This document shows positions 44,189 to 55,277 of a stretch of 64,000 bases of DNA, piece by piece. Positions within the stretch are counted from its first letter, which is position 1, and each line of letters begins with the position of its first letter. The translations under genes were made by a program, and so were the position numbers. The notes beneath the pieces are model-generated. The model was given only the letters and a program-made list of their open reading frames with translations, did not search any database and was not told where the DNA came from. The DNA comes from Calditrichia bacterium (GTDB taxonomy: Bacteria > Calditrichota > Calditrichia > JAJRVZ01), in contig CAWCNS010000007.1 of assembly GCA_963796965.1 (NCBI GenBank), positions 64,001 to 128,000 of the forward strand, read 5' to 3'.

Positions 44189-45721
44189 ATGACAAAAATG
44201 AAGAAACATAATCGTTTTCTTTATTTGATCCTTACATCAAGTATCATATTGCTCAATTCCTGTGAAAAACTTGAAGCACCCCAACAATTTGTGGAAGATA
44301 TTCAACTTATTTTCCCCAAAAATAACCTAACCAATGCTGATACCAGCCTTTGGCTGCATTGGAAGGGTGATAATTCCAAACTCTACAATGTCTATTTAGA
44401 TACGATCAATCCTCCTTCCCAAGAGGCAAAGGTGAGTCTTGTAGCAGATTCCACCTACCTGATAGAATTATCATATTCAACGACATATTACTGGCAGGTT
44501 AAATCATTTTATGGAACTGTCAACTCAGGCAAAAGTGATGTGTGGTCCTTCACAACATCTCCTTCACAGGAGAATTTACCCATACCTCATACGCCATCAC
44601 CAAAAAATGGTGAGATAATACATGAATATGGGCAGATCCTTGAATGGAAGTTTGACGAAGAAGTGAGGTATGATGTATATTTTGATACGCAATATCCACC
44701 TTTAAATTTAATTGGAGAAAATATTGGGGATAAATGGAGGCACCTGAATGGTCTTCGGCAAAATACTACCTATTATTGGCAGGTGGTTGTCAAATTTCCG
44801 GATGGAAGACAAAAGGCATCAGATGTCTGGAGTTTTACAAATAGTGAATATGAGCCGCCTGTTGCACTGTATGGTATGTATCCCGCTAATAATGCTGTAG
44901 AGCAGCCATTAGATTTAACAGTTAGTTGGCGATGTTCGGTTAGAACTGAGAATGGTCAGCGAACAAGGCATACTTTGTATATTGGGAATAGTAATCCACC
45001 GGATCAGGAGTTACAATCTGTCCAATCAGGAGATAAAGATCTTAATTATATTACTCTTTTAGACTTGGATCTGAACCAAAAATATTATTGGAGGATCATT
45101 ACCAGGTATCCTAATGGCGAAATTTATGAGGGTCCTGTTTTCAGTTTCACCACAATAAATTCTCCAGAAGATGTTTTTATAAAAATGCCGGATGCCATGG
45201 TACGTGTAAAACAGGTGTACCAATACTATGAGGATTTATGGAGTAAAACGGTAATCGATACGCTTAATGAATTGGTTGCGTATCAGATTAATCCCTCGGA
45301 ATTGGATCCTACTCAAAAAAACTTTTCTCTCCATAACGATACATTATATTTTAGTGTAGAAAAAGATAAGGAGGCAGCTACAGGATGGTTGTTGTTACAT
45401 CAGCAGAGTAAAACGTTAGATATGGGCTATCACTATGATCACTCTATCAATTCGAGTGGAATGGATTACTTCTACACGCTAAATAAAAGGTTCTCTCTCT
45501 TATTTGAGAATTTACCCTATAATGAAATATCGGACGATGTATTCGAAGTTGAGATCGGATACGATGAACTACCCAATTATCTTAAGGAGTATGATTATAA
45601 TTACTACTCTTACAGTCGATCCGGATATCAATCTGCAACGACCCGCAAAACAGATCTTGATCTGATAGAGTTTCAAAACAGATATCTCAAATTAGTCGTC
45701 AACAAAACTGCATTCAACTAG
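44189..45721 (+). CDS. Lipoprotein with three FN3-like repeats
   Basis: Lipobox LNSC; three repeats ending YYWQV..DVWSFT / YYWRI..VFSFTT. Confidence 0.75.
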   Translation: MTKMKKHNRFLYLILTSSIILLNSCEKLEAPQQFVEDIQLIFPKNNLTNADTSLWLHWKGDNSKLYNVYLDTINPPSQEAKVSLVADSTYLIELSYSTTYYWQVKSFYGTVNSGKSDVWSFTTSPSQENLPIPHTPSPKNGEIIHEYGQILEWKFDEEVRYDVYFDTQYPPLNLIGENIGDKWRHLNGLRQNTTYYWQVVVKFPDGRQKASDVWSFTNSEYEPPVALYGMYPANNAVEQPLDLTVSWRCSVRTENGQRTRHTLYIGNSNPPDQELQSVQSGDKDLNYITLLDLDLNQKYYWRIITRYPNGEIYEGPVFSFTTINSPEDVFIKMPDAMVRVKQVYQYYEDLWSKTVIDTLNELVAYQINPSELDPTQKNFSLHNDTLYFSVEKDKEAATGWLLLHQQSKTLDMGYHYDHSINSSGMDYFYTLNKRFSLLFENLPYNEISDDVFEVEIGYDELPNYLKEYDYNYYSYSRSGYQSATTRKTDLDLIEFQNRYLKLVVNKTAFN

Positions 45722-46010
45722 ACTATGCTTACCATACGTCGATGAATCTATCAAATGCAGGGTTGCTCTGGTCAAGATTGCATAGATTTATTCATAAGTA
45801 TTTTATTTAATATTATACCACATACTATCATCCATACTTAAATAATGCTTCTTGGATTTAAACAGCACCTGTCAATGATAAATCTAGGGTTGTAATTACT
45901 CTATCATTTCAGCAAATTAAACCATTCGAACTTAAAGCTTACTAAAATTAATATAATCCCATTAATCTCTTATGGTTGTAAAAGAGCATCCTATTTACTT
46001 TGCATCCTTG

Positions 46011-46019
46011 TGTTATAAT
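46011..46019 (+). promoter_or_regulatory. Putative extended -10 promoter
   Basis: TGTTATAAT 30 bp upstream of the GH92 start. Confidence 0.4.
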
Positions 46020-46049
46020 ATTAAATACTATTAACAGGACAATCACTCT

Positions 46050-48400
46050 ATGAAAAAAGTATTAAAATGGCTGTTTTACTTAGTTGGGATACCCTTAATA
46101 GTTATCGGTCTTATTATATTCACCCTTTGGTTTAAGTATTATCTGGTGGTAAGTGTAGAACCTGGTCAACTGGAGGTTTCTGCAAAACCGGGAGAACTGG
46201 GACAATGGGTAAATCCCTTTATTGGAACGGGAGGGATTCCCTGGGTTTGTGCCCATAATTTTCCAGGGGCGACGATGCCGTTCGGGATGGTGCGTTTGAG
46301 CCCTGAGACCGTCTCAATGATTACTGATGAAAAAGCCCTGAATACCTCAGGATATTATTATCCCGATGGCCGGATGACGGGATTCAGTCATACCCGTTTG
46401 GCCGGAACAGGGGCCACCGACGGAGGGCATTTTCTTGTGACACCGGTTAATGATGATATTGAGGATGGTGACGAATATGAGGAGGAATTTCTGTCATACT
46501 CGCATTCGGATGAAGTTGCATTCCCGGGATATTACGCCGTTCATCTCCCGGGGCCTGATGTTCTGGTTGAACTAACAGCTACGGAAAGGGTGGGAATCCA
46601 TCGTTATACGTTCACAGAACCTGAAAATCCTACTATCCTGATAAATATCACCAATGCGCTGGGAGGTAAAAGAAGCGATAAGGGTGTTGTCCGTCTTGAT
46701 CCGAAGAGACAAGAATTAGAAGGTAGTGTGCGTACTTTTGGCTCATTTGGGGGACGCTATGGTGGGGCAAATGTATATTTTGCAGCGCGGTTTGATCAAC
46801 CATTGCAGGGATATGGCACCTGGAATGGGGGGCGGTTTAAATCAAATGCCCGGCAAACACGTGGGGATGAGGTGGGCGCTTATCTGACATTTGCAGGTTC
46901 GAAGGAGTCTAGAGTTGTTCAGTTATACCTGGCTATCTCCTATGTCAGTATTGAAAATGCTCGGAAAAATCTTGAGATTGAAACAGCTAATGCCGGTTTT
47001 GAGGAAGCCCTTGAGCTGGCGAAATCAGCCTGGGAAGAAAAACTATCACTTGTCACTATTGAAGAGGCCAATAAAAATTTGAAAACGATATATTATTCTG
47101 CTCTGTATCATGTTTTCCAGATGCCGACTATTTTTACCGATGTAAATGAGGAATATATTGGATTTGATAATCAAAAACATCAGGCGGAAGGTTTCCAGTA
47201 CTATACAGATCTTTCCATATGGGATACCTTTAGAAATGTCCATCCGCTGTTTGTGTTACTCGATCCGGCTGCCCAGAGAGATATGCTGGTATCCCTGGTG
47301 GAAATGAGTAAACAGGGGGGGGATGGCTGCCGCGCTGGCCTTCCGGAAATGGCTATACCAACTCCATGCTGGGAACGCCTGCGGATATGGTCGTAGCCGG
47401 CTCTTATCTGAAAGGTATTCATGATTTTGATGTAGAGACAGCTTACCAATCCATGCGCAGGACGGCCCTGGAGCCAACAAAAAGAGGCGATCCCTATTCC
47501 GGAAGGGAAGGAGTTGAACATTATATAAAATATCACTATTGTCCGGCAGAATTGATGACAGAGGCCGTCTCCCGGACGTTGGAATTTGCCTATGCTGATT
47601 ATTCAATCTCCTTATTAGCGGATGCTTTGGGACATGTTGAAGATGCCGAAATGTTTCTTAAACATTCAAAATTTTATAAGAATGTATGGAATCCTGAGAC
47701 CCAATACTTTCATCCACGTGATACGTTAGGAAACTTTGTCGATAAATTTGATCCGCTAATGCTCACCTATCTCTACGGGAGTGAAGAGTATACGAACGAT
47801 TATGTAGAAGGGAGCGCCTTGCAATGGCGTTGGGCGGTTCCTTTTGATCCGCAAGGGTTGATTTCTCTGTTTAAAAGCCGTGAATATTTTATCAGTGAAT
47901 TAAATGATTTTTTCGCACTATCTGTTCCGGGCCGAGGGGAGTGGAATCCGGGTTCTTATTACTGGCATGGTAATGAACCGGATATCTATGCTCCCTACCT
48001 GTTTAATGATGCCGGGCGTCCCGATCTTACACAGAAATGGGTTAGGTGGATTTTAGAAAATAAATATGCCAATAGTTATGATGGTTTAGATGGGAATGAT
48101 GATGCCGGAACCTTATCGGCCTGGTATGTTTTTAGCGCTTTGGGCTTTTATCCTGTGGCAGGTACCGATATTTATCAGGTTGGCTCACCTCTTTTTAAAA
48201 CGGCTTCAATACGTTTAGGAGAAAATTCACTAAAAATTGTAGCAGAGAATTATGCTCCGGATAATATATATGTGAAGAAATTCTGGTTGAATGATTCTTT
48301 GCTGGATCGCCGCTGGTTTAAACATAGGGAAATCGCTAAAGGTGGTAATCTGAAATTTGAAATGACATCTCAACCGTTGGAATTAAATATGAAAGATTAA
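46050..48400 (+). CDS. GH92 alpha-mannosidase (frameshift at G-run near 47315-47322)
   Basis: VNPFIGTGG, FPGATMPFGMV, GFSHTRLAGTG, SIWDTFR, SRTLEFAYAD, YVEG, HGNEP, GNDDAGTLSAWYVF. Confidence 0.92.
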
Positions 48401-48420
48401 TAAATTATTCAAAAAAAAGA

Positions 48421-48520
48421 TAACCACAAAGTACACAAAGAAAGCTCAAAGATCGCAAGGTTTTTATTAAGAAATTTATCTTTGTGTACTTGGTGCATTC
48501 TTTGAGAACTTTGTGTTTAA
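48421..48520. repeat. CACAAAG-type inverted-repeat element
   Basis: aaccacaaagtacacaaagaaagctcaaagatcgcaagg / ctttgtgtacttggtgcattctttgagaactttgtgttt. Confidence 0.8.
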
Positions 48521-48536
48521 AAAAAAGAGAGGAACT

Positions 48537-49739
48537 ATGACTTTAAAAAAACGAATCTGGATTATCGTATCGGTTATTATCATGATTGCTGTACCTTCAA
48601 TTTATGCGCAATCGTGGGATTGTGAAATTCTGCCTTCGGAACATAAATTTGAACAAGATGCAAAAAGCGGAGCAGAACTCATTTATATTACGACGAGTAA
48701 GGCCAAAGATAGTAATTTGTATTTTCATGATAGATGCTGGTTGTTAGATGGTAAGATGATGCTATTTTATTCAGACAGAAGTGGAAGGAATGAACTTTAT
48801 GGCTATATCGCCGAGATGGGAAACTTGTAGGATTAACAGAAAAGAAGATGCAGCGGCGCATTCGGCAGTGGCATCCATAGAAGGGGATAAGGTGTATGTG
48901 GTTCGGGAAAACGGAATATATGAATGGCGAATCGATTATACCCGCGGCGAATGATCCGAAGGTATCTGTAACTGAAAGAAAAATTGGAGCCTACCCTGAA
49001 AACTCGAATCAGCTTTTCCGGATTAAGTGAAAACAGCGATGCAACTTTGGTTTGTTTTGGCTATGATATTGGTGAACACCATTATCTTGCCGTTGCGGAT
49101 ATAAAAACAGGAGAAACAAGGGTCGTGGCTGAGCCGGTTATTCCTCCGGGACATTTGCAATTTAGCTGGAATCGTCCGGATGTATTGTCATTTAACGGCA
49201 GATACGGCAGTGATACAGCGCCATTAGATCCAAATGAGCCAGCTCATTCCCGGATATGGTATGTAAATATAAATATTGGTATCCCTTTGCCTGCATTTTA
49301 CCAAAAACCAGGTGAATTGGCTACCCATGAATGCTGGTGGGTCAATGATCAGATGACGTTTATCGGCGGTCACCGGCCAGAGGAGGCCCATGTAAAAGTT
49401 ATTGATCTAAAGACAGGGGATATTCGCGTTATTGGTGCCGGTGCCTGGTGGGAAGGTGGAAATGAGAAAGAAGTCTCAAAAGTGAATTGGTGGCATTCTG
49501 CCGGCAGTCCTGATGGAAAATGGGTTGTAGCGGATAACTGGCATGGTGTTATCGCTCTGTTTAATGCTAAAACCACTGAAATGCATATTCTGACAGATGA
49601 ACATCGTACCTATGGTGGTGGGGCCCATCCTCATGTGGGATGGGATTTATATGGGAAGAGTGTTGAATTTACGACCAATAAATTTGGAAATCCTGATGTG
49701 GTTATTGCTCAGATTCCGGAAGAGTGGTTTAAAAGATAA
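48537..49739 (+). CDS. Oligogalacturonate lyase (PL22)-like beta-propeller, secreted (frameshifts about 48825-48985)
   Basis: NLYFHDRCW..FYSDR, GHLQF, THECW, WWH, HPH motifs. Confidence 0.7.
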
Positions 49740-49904
49740 ACACAAAGAACACGAAGAAGACACAGAGAACACAGAGAATAAATACTTTTATTTATTTAAT
49801 CTCAATTATTAAAAGGTTATAGACTTTGAAAGTAAAATAGGTAATTTGCAAGACCTAAAACCATAAAGTTTCTTCTCTGCGGTCGCTGCGGCGCTGCGTG
49901 AGAA
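49737..49904. repeat. Mixed-arm repeat element starting at the upstream stop codon
   Basis: TAA-acacaaagaacacgaagaagacacagagaacacagag / ctctgcggtcgctgcggcgctgcgtgaga. Confidence 0.7.
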
Positions 49905-49918
49905 AAAAGGTGAAAATC

Positions 49919-51223
49919 ATGAAAAAATTAATTTTATTTTTTTTATGTTCCATATTGATTTTTCCGGTTTTAGGACAAAGTTCTGAACCTGTGGAAATCA
50001 AGGCGAATGTAGCGAAGGTAAAACTAACACCACCGCTTGAGATGAAATTTGCCCTTGGAGGTTATGGGGCACGGATGGCTAAGCCGGCAGAAGGGATCCA
50101 TGATGACATCTGGGTTAAAGCCCTGGTGGTGCGTGATGGTGAAAAAAAATATGCCCTTGTCACGATGGATATTCTGGCTTTACCTCCAAATGTGAAACCT
50201 GCTGTTATTGAGATATTAGCGAATCAGGGTTGGAAAATGGAAAATATGATGATTTTGCCCAGTCATAGCCATACCAGTCTTGACATGTCAGCATTAAATG
50301 ATAAAAACACACTCAATAACCCCTATATTGGCATTTATCAACCCGAATTGTTGGAATTTGTTATCAAAAAGATCGTTACCGCTGTAAAATCAGCTGATCA
50401 AAACCTGCAGGCTGTTCGTATTGAAACGAAAAGGGAAAGATTTGAAGATTTAAATCGAAATCGTCGAAATGATAATGCGATAGATCGCGATCTGACTGTT
50501 ACAAGAATTGATGGAAATGGTGGTGATCCTTTGGCTGTACTTGTTAACTGGACAGCCCATCCGACAATTATGAGTGATGAGGATATGTTCGTATCTGCCG
50601 GTTGGCCGGGATATATGCAAAGAGAGTTAGAGGCCTGGATAGGAGAGGAAATTGTCTGTATGTACTATAATGGTGCTCAAGGCGATCAATCTGTTATTGG
50701 GGAAAATGGGGGCAGTCATTATGAAAAGGCTGAAAAATACGGAAGAAAAATAGCCCGATATGCGTATGACATCTATAATGCCATAAGTCCATTGGAAAAA
50801 AGTGTGTTTCAGTATAACTCCTATGTGGCAGATCTTCCGGAGCCGAAAATGCATCCGATGTTTAGTGAAACAGGGGGAACTGAATATGGCATGGATGAAA
50901 AAACATCCGAACATATTCTCACATCTTTGTGTCCACGACAAAGTTTAATTAATGCCTTAAGAATTGGGGATTGGATGGTTGTGGGTGCTCCCGGTGAATT
51001 GACGGCTGTTGTCGGTGAAGAAATAAAAAAAGAACTTTATGCCAGGGGGATGAAAATACCTACAATAGGTGGGATGGCCAATGAATGGTTAAGTTATATC
51101 ACCAGTCCTGAGCAATATGAAGCAGGCGGCTATGAAACGAGTGTAAGTTTTTATGGCCCCGATCTCGGCCCGGTCGTGAGCCAAGCAATGATTAAGACAA
51201 GTATGGCGCTAATCAAACAATAA
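49919..51223 (+). CDS. Neutral/alkaline ceramidase N-terminal-domain family protein
   Basis: LGGYGAR..GIHDDIWVKAL, SHSHT, NWTAHPT, NGAQGD, PGE, YITSPEQYEAGGYE. Confidence 0.82.
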   Translation: MKKLILFFLCSILIFPVLGQSSEPVEIKANVAKVKLTPPLEMKFALGGYGARMAKPAEGIHDDIWVKALVVRDGEKKYALVTMDILALPPNVKPAVIEILANQGWKMENMMILPSHSHTSLDMSALNDKNTLNNPYIGIYQPELLEFVIKKIVTAVKSADQNLQAVRIETKRERFEDLNRNRRNDNAIDRDLTVTRIDGNGGDPLAVLVNWTAHPTIMSDEDMFVSAGWPGYMQRELEAWIGEEIVCMYYNGAQGDQSVIGENGGSHYEKAEKYGRKIARYAYDIYNAISPLEKSVFQYNSYVADLPEPKMHPMFSETGGTEYGMDEKTSEHILTSLCPRQSLINALRIGDWMVVGAPGELTAVVGEEIKKELYARGMKIPTIGGMANEWLSYITSPEQYEAGGYETSVSFYGPDLGPVVSQAMIKTSMALIKQ

Positions 51224-51224
51224 T

Positions 51225-51350
51225 TAAACACAAAGAGCACAAAGAAGTCTCAAAGATCACAAAAAAATAATAAGAACAAAGAAAAAAACAAAAGAGAAAT
51301 TCCTTATGTCCTCTGTGCCCTTTGTGTCTTCTTTGTGCTCTTTGTGTTTA
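51225..51350. repeat. CACAAAG-type inverted-repeat element
   Basis: taaacacaaagagcacaaagaagtctcaaagatcacaaa / ctctgtgccctttgtgtcttctttgtgctctttgtgttta. Confidence 0.82.
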
Positions 51351-51375
51351 TCTGTTCAAAAATTAAGAGGAAAAA

Positions 51376-52968
51376 ATGAAAAAAAAGATTAAAAAAGCAT
51401 TATGGATAATCCTGGCAGTTTTTGTTGTCGTCATATTAATATTTGTTAGTATGGGATTGTATCACATGCGCGACCGACATTCTGATTATAGCATTGATCT
51501 TATGCTGCCCGGTAAAGGTGCCATTGTGGACGATGGTCTGCTGAAGATTGGTGTGGCAAAAGTTACCATTACACCGGACGTTGTTGATACCTGGGTGGAT
51601 GCGGATAGCAATGCCCGTTACGAACCAGATAAAGGTGATACCTTTATTGATAACAATGGTAATAAAGTTTTTGATGCCTACTGGTTGGCCGGATTTCAAA
51701 ACCAACGTCCGGCAACTGGCGTACATGATGATATTTGGGCAAGAACGGTTGTATGGGACGATGGTCGCACAAGTGTTGCCCTGGTTGTACTTGATGCAAT
51801 CGGCTTTTTTCATGATGATGTGATCGATGTAAGAAATATGGTAGTTGAGCAAAATCTTGCCGTCGACCATGTTATTGTGGCAACGACACATAACCATGAA
51901 GTGCCTGATCTGATGGGCTTGTGGGGTGGAGCGATGTTCGAGAGCGGGGTCAATGAAGCCTATATGCAATTTATAAAGGAGCAGGCTGTCAAGTCGATCA
52001 AACAGGCTGTGGATAATCGTAAACCATCAATCCTGAAGTTATCAAAGATAGATACTACGGCAGCGGATTTGGTAATGGATTCGCGACCGCCAGTGGTCCT
52101 GGATAATGCTATTCATATTATGCAGTTTTGTGATGCAGAAAACGGTGAGCCTTTTGGTATCTTTCTCAACTGGGGAAATCATCCGGAGACGGCTGGGAGT
52201 AAAAATCTTGAAATAACAGCCGATTTTGCTCATTACTGGTTGCAGGGGATTGAAGAAGGAATTGTCTACGATGAAGAAGTTAAGGTACCGGGTATAGGAG
52301 GTACGGCCATCTTTGCAAATGGAGCCATTGGTGGTTTGATGACTTCATTAAGAAGTGAAATCTATGATCCCTGGTTAAATGCTTCCTTTAAAAAAAGTGG
52401 TTTTGAAAAGGTACGAGCCCAGGGTAACCGTCTGGCAAAATTGGTATTAGATCAAATTAATAATGGGGAATGGGAGACAGTAGAGAATACCTCCATAAAA
52501 TTGCGCGCTAAATCATTCCTTTTTGATTTGGATAATTTTATATTCAAAATTGGGGGTGCGTTAGGTGTCCTTGATCGTGGCTTCGTTGAATTTAATAAAC
52601 TAAGGAGTGAAGTAAATCTTCTGGTAATTGGACCAGCCTGGATAGTAACGCTGCCCGGAGAGATCAATCCTGAACTGGTTAATGGTGGCATTGAGGTGCC
52701 TGAGGGTGCTGATTTTCCGGGAGAACCGGTAGAATTGCCTGTCATTCGTGAAATGATGAAGGGGAAATATAACTTTGTAATTGGGCTCGGTAATGATGAG
52801 GTAGGTTATATTATGCCTAAGACCCACTGGGATGTGGATGAGCCCTATACCTATGGTTTTAAGAAAAGACCCTATGGAGAGATAAATTCACTAGGTCCGG
52901 AATCGGGGCCAATCCTGCACCGTGAAGTAATGGGTATCATCAGAGATATGAATAAAATGAAGGATTGA
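51376..52968 (+). CDS. Ceramidase-like family protein, N-terminal membrane anchor
   Basis: WLAGF..ATGVHDDIWAR, THNHEVPD, NWGNHPE, NGAIGG, LPGE, GLGNDEVGYI, YGEINSLG. Confidence 0.75.
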   Translation: MKKKIKKALWIILAVFVVVILIFVSMGLYHMRDRHSDYSIDLMLPGKGAIVDDGLLKIGVAKVTITPDVVDTWVDADSNARYEPDKGDTFIDNNGNKVFDAYWLAGFQNQRPATGVHDDIWARTVVWDDGRTSVALVVLDAIGFFHDDVIDVRNMVVEQNLAVDHVIVATTHNHEVPDLMGLWGGAMFESGVNEAYMQFIKEQAVKSIKQAVDNRKPSILKLSKIDTTAADLVMDSRPPVVLDNAIHIMQFCDAENGEPFGIFLNWGNHPETAGSKNLEITADFAHYWLQGIEEGIVYDEEVKVPGIGGTAIFANGAIGGLMTSLRSEIYDPWLNASFKKSGFEKVRAQGNRLAKLVLDQINNGEWETVENTSIKLRAKSFLFDLDNFIFKIGGALGVLDRGFVEFNKLRSEVNLLVIGPAWIVTLPGEINPELVNGGIEVPEGADFPGEPVELPVIREMMKGKYNFVIGLGNDEVGYIMPKTHWDVDEPYTYGFKKRPYGEINSLGPESGPILHREVMGIIRDMNKMKD

Positions 52969-52997
52969 TAAAAATTATAAGCGAAATAAAAATCCCT

Positions 52998-53148
52998 GTC
53001 ATTCCGAACTTGTTTCGGAATCTTATATAATTAAAATGAAAAATTATCCTAAAAAGTTATTTGTACAGGGGGATAATTGAGTCATTCTGAATTTATTTCA
53101 GAATCTCTATGTCTAAAAATCAAGATTCCGAAACAAGTTCGGAATGAC
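52998..53148. repeat. Three GTCATTCCGAA-type palindromes
   Basis: gtcattccgaacttgtttcggaatct (52998), gtcattctgaatttatttcagaatct (53081), agattccgaaacaagttcggaatgac (ends 53148). Confidence 0.85.
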
Positions 53149-53216
53149 TCTAAGGAATATTTTTTAGTTTTGTGAACTACTTATAAATATTTTAATATGA
53201 TTTTGGAGATATATAT

Positions 53217-53648
53217 ATGCTTAAACAAAGATTGTCATTTGCGCTGTTTATTTCTGTTTTGACCATCGTATTCTTTCAATATTGTTATCTTAAATGTCAG
53301 GAGAGCGGGGAAGGTCCGCTTATGGTTCTTGAGGAGGAATCTTTTAATTTTGGAGAAGTAGAAGAAGGTGTTGTTCTAACCCATGTTTTTAATTTTAAAA
53401 ATTGTGGTACGGATACCTTGCGGATAAAACGTGTAAGGGGCACCTGAGGCTGCACAGCCTCACTTCTGAGTTCAGAAGTAATCGCACCGGGAGAAGAGGG
53501 AGAGATAAACGTTTCATTCAAAACGAAGAACCGCAAAGGTAAAAATAGTAAAAAAATATATATATATTCCAATGATTCAGAAGTCAGAATTAGGAAAATA
53601 GCGATTTCCGCAGTCATAATGCCAAAGAAAGAATCCGAATCTTCCTAA
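53217..53648 (+). CDS. DUF1573-domain protein (143 aa) with in-frame UGA at 53445-53447; candidate selenoprotein (UGC motif)
   Basis: FNFGEV..HVFNFKNCGTDTLRIKRVRGT-TGA-GCTA..IAPGEEGEINVSF..KKIYIYSND; frame stays open 66 codons after TGA to TAA 53646-53648. Confidence 0.8.
53445..53479 (+). promoter_or_regulatory. Putative bacterial SECIS-like RNA structure
   Basis: Hairpins TGAGGCTG-CA-CAGCCTCA (53445-53462) and ACTTCTG-AGTT-CAGAAGT (53462-53479); second loop begins 22 nt after UGA with G in position 2. Confidence 0.5.
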
Positions 53649-53678
53649 TCTACCCGCCTCTGTTCGGGAGAATAAATT

Positions 53679-55173
53679 ATGGATATTTCCAGAAGAAAAT
53701 TTATTAAAAACACAGCTGCTCTTTCCACTTATGGACTTCTCAACCAGGGTTTTTGTGCTTCTGGAATGATCTCCAAAAATCAAAAACATCCCAATCTTAT
53801 CATTGTGTTTCCAGATCAGATGAGAGGGCAGGCCCTTGGTTTTCTTAATGAAGATCCAGTAATTACCCCACATTTGGACCGTTTTGCAGAAGAGAGCCTG
53901 GTCTTACCGCAAGTCTGTTTCCAATTATCCTATATGTAGCCCTTTTCGGGCCATGCTGATGACGGGCATGTATCCACATGCAAACCGGGTCATTGCAAAC
54001 TGTATGAGCAAATCGGAACCTTTCAATTGTGAGTTGCAGGTGTCTGACCGGTGTTGGTCTGATGTTTTAAAGGATAATGGCTATGATCTGGCCTATATCG
54101 GCAAGTGGCATCTGGATTCTCCGCGCGAACCATATGTTGATTGTAAGAATAATAAGGGAGACATGAAGTGGAACGAATGGTGTGTGCCGGAAAGACGGCA
54201 TGGTTTCGATTACTGGTACGCTTATGGAACCTACGATTATCATCTGAATCCAATGTATTGGCGAACCAATGCAAAACGAGATGAGTTTCACTTTGTAGAT
54301 CAGTGGGGCCCAAAACATGAAGCCGATATGGCAATTGATTATATCAAAAACAAAGAGAATAAATATCGTGAAGAGGGCCAACCTTTTGCCCTTGTGGTTT
54401 CTATGAATCCGCCCCATACTTCCTACGACCAGTTCCCAAAAAAGTACCTGGATCCCTACCAGGGAAAATCATCTGACGATTTAATTGTGCGCCCGAATGT
54501 GGATAAAAGCGGGGAGACAAAAATGTCCAAACTGGCTCTGAGCCAGACGAAAAATTACTTTGCCAACATCACAGGTGTGGATGAACAATTTGGTCGTATT
54601 CTTCAGGCAATTGATGAAAGTGGAATAAGGGAAGACACAATAGTTCTGTTTATGTCCGATCATGGGAATTGTCTTGGCACGCATAATCTGGTTACAAAAA
54701 ATAATCCTTTTGAAGAATCCATGCGTATACCATTTATCATACGCTGGCCTGAAAAGATCAAAGCACGTCATGATGACCTCCTTATTTCTGTGCCGGATAT
54801 TTATCCAACAATTCTCGGGTTAATGGGTTTCAATAGCAGTGTTCCTGCTTCTGTTAAAGGTGTCAGTCATGCAGATTTATTCCTTAATGAGAAAGGGGCA
54901 CGGCCATCTTCCCAGTTATACCTGAGAATACCTTATGATAATCCTGGTTATGGAGATCGCGGGGTAAGAACGCATAAATATAAGTTGATTGTGACGGCAT
55001 TACCCGATCAAACAAAAAAGATCCTACTTTATGATTTGCAATCAGATCCTTACGAACTGGTAAATATTGCAGAGAGCAACCCTAACATTGTGGACCAGTT
55101 AGTTAAAAATGAGTTATATCCCTGGCTCGTAAAAACAAATGATCCCTGGATGGGAAACATAGAGAAGTTATAA
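53679..55173 (+). CDS. Tat-exported Cys-type sulfatase (S1), frameshift near 53915
   Basis: SRRKFIK Tat motif; PNLIIVFPDQ, TPHLD, CSPFRAMLMTG, GKWHL, NPPH, SDHG, LYDLQSDPYE. Confidence 0.92.
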
Positions 55174-55277
55174 TTTTTTAAGCATGCTTTGGAATTCATC
55201 GACTAAGTCGACAGAGGGTTTGAAGTTGTTTTTAATAAAATTTAATATGCTCTTTTGTACCCCCTGTTTGGTTTTTT

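Noticed and set aside
1227..55173. About 13 split genes as pseudogenes or programmed frameshifts
   Set aside because: Breaks are small indels, several at homopolymers (e.g. A-run near 37590, G-run near 47318) and clustered (8560-9200, 21400-22350), with catalytic motifs intact; long-read consensus error is the simpler explanation. Read polishing would decide.
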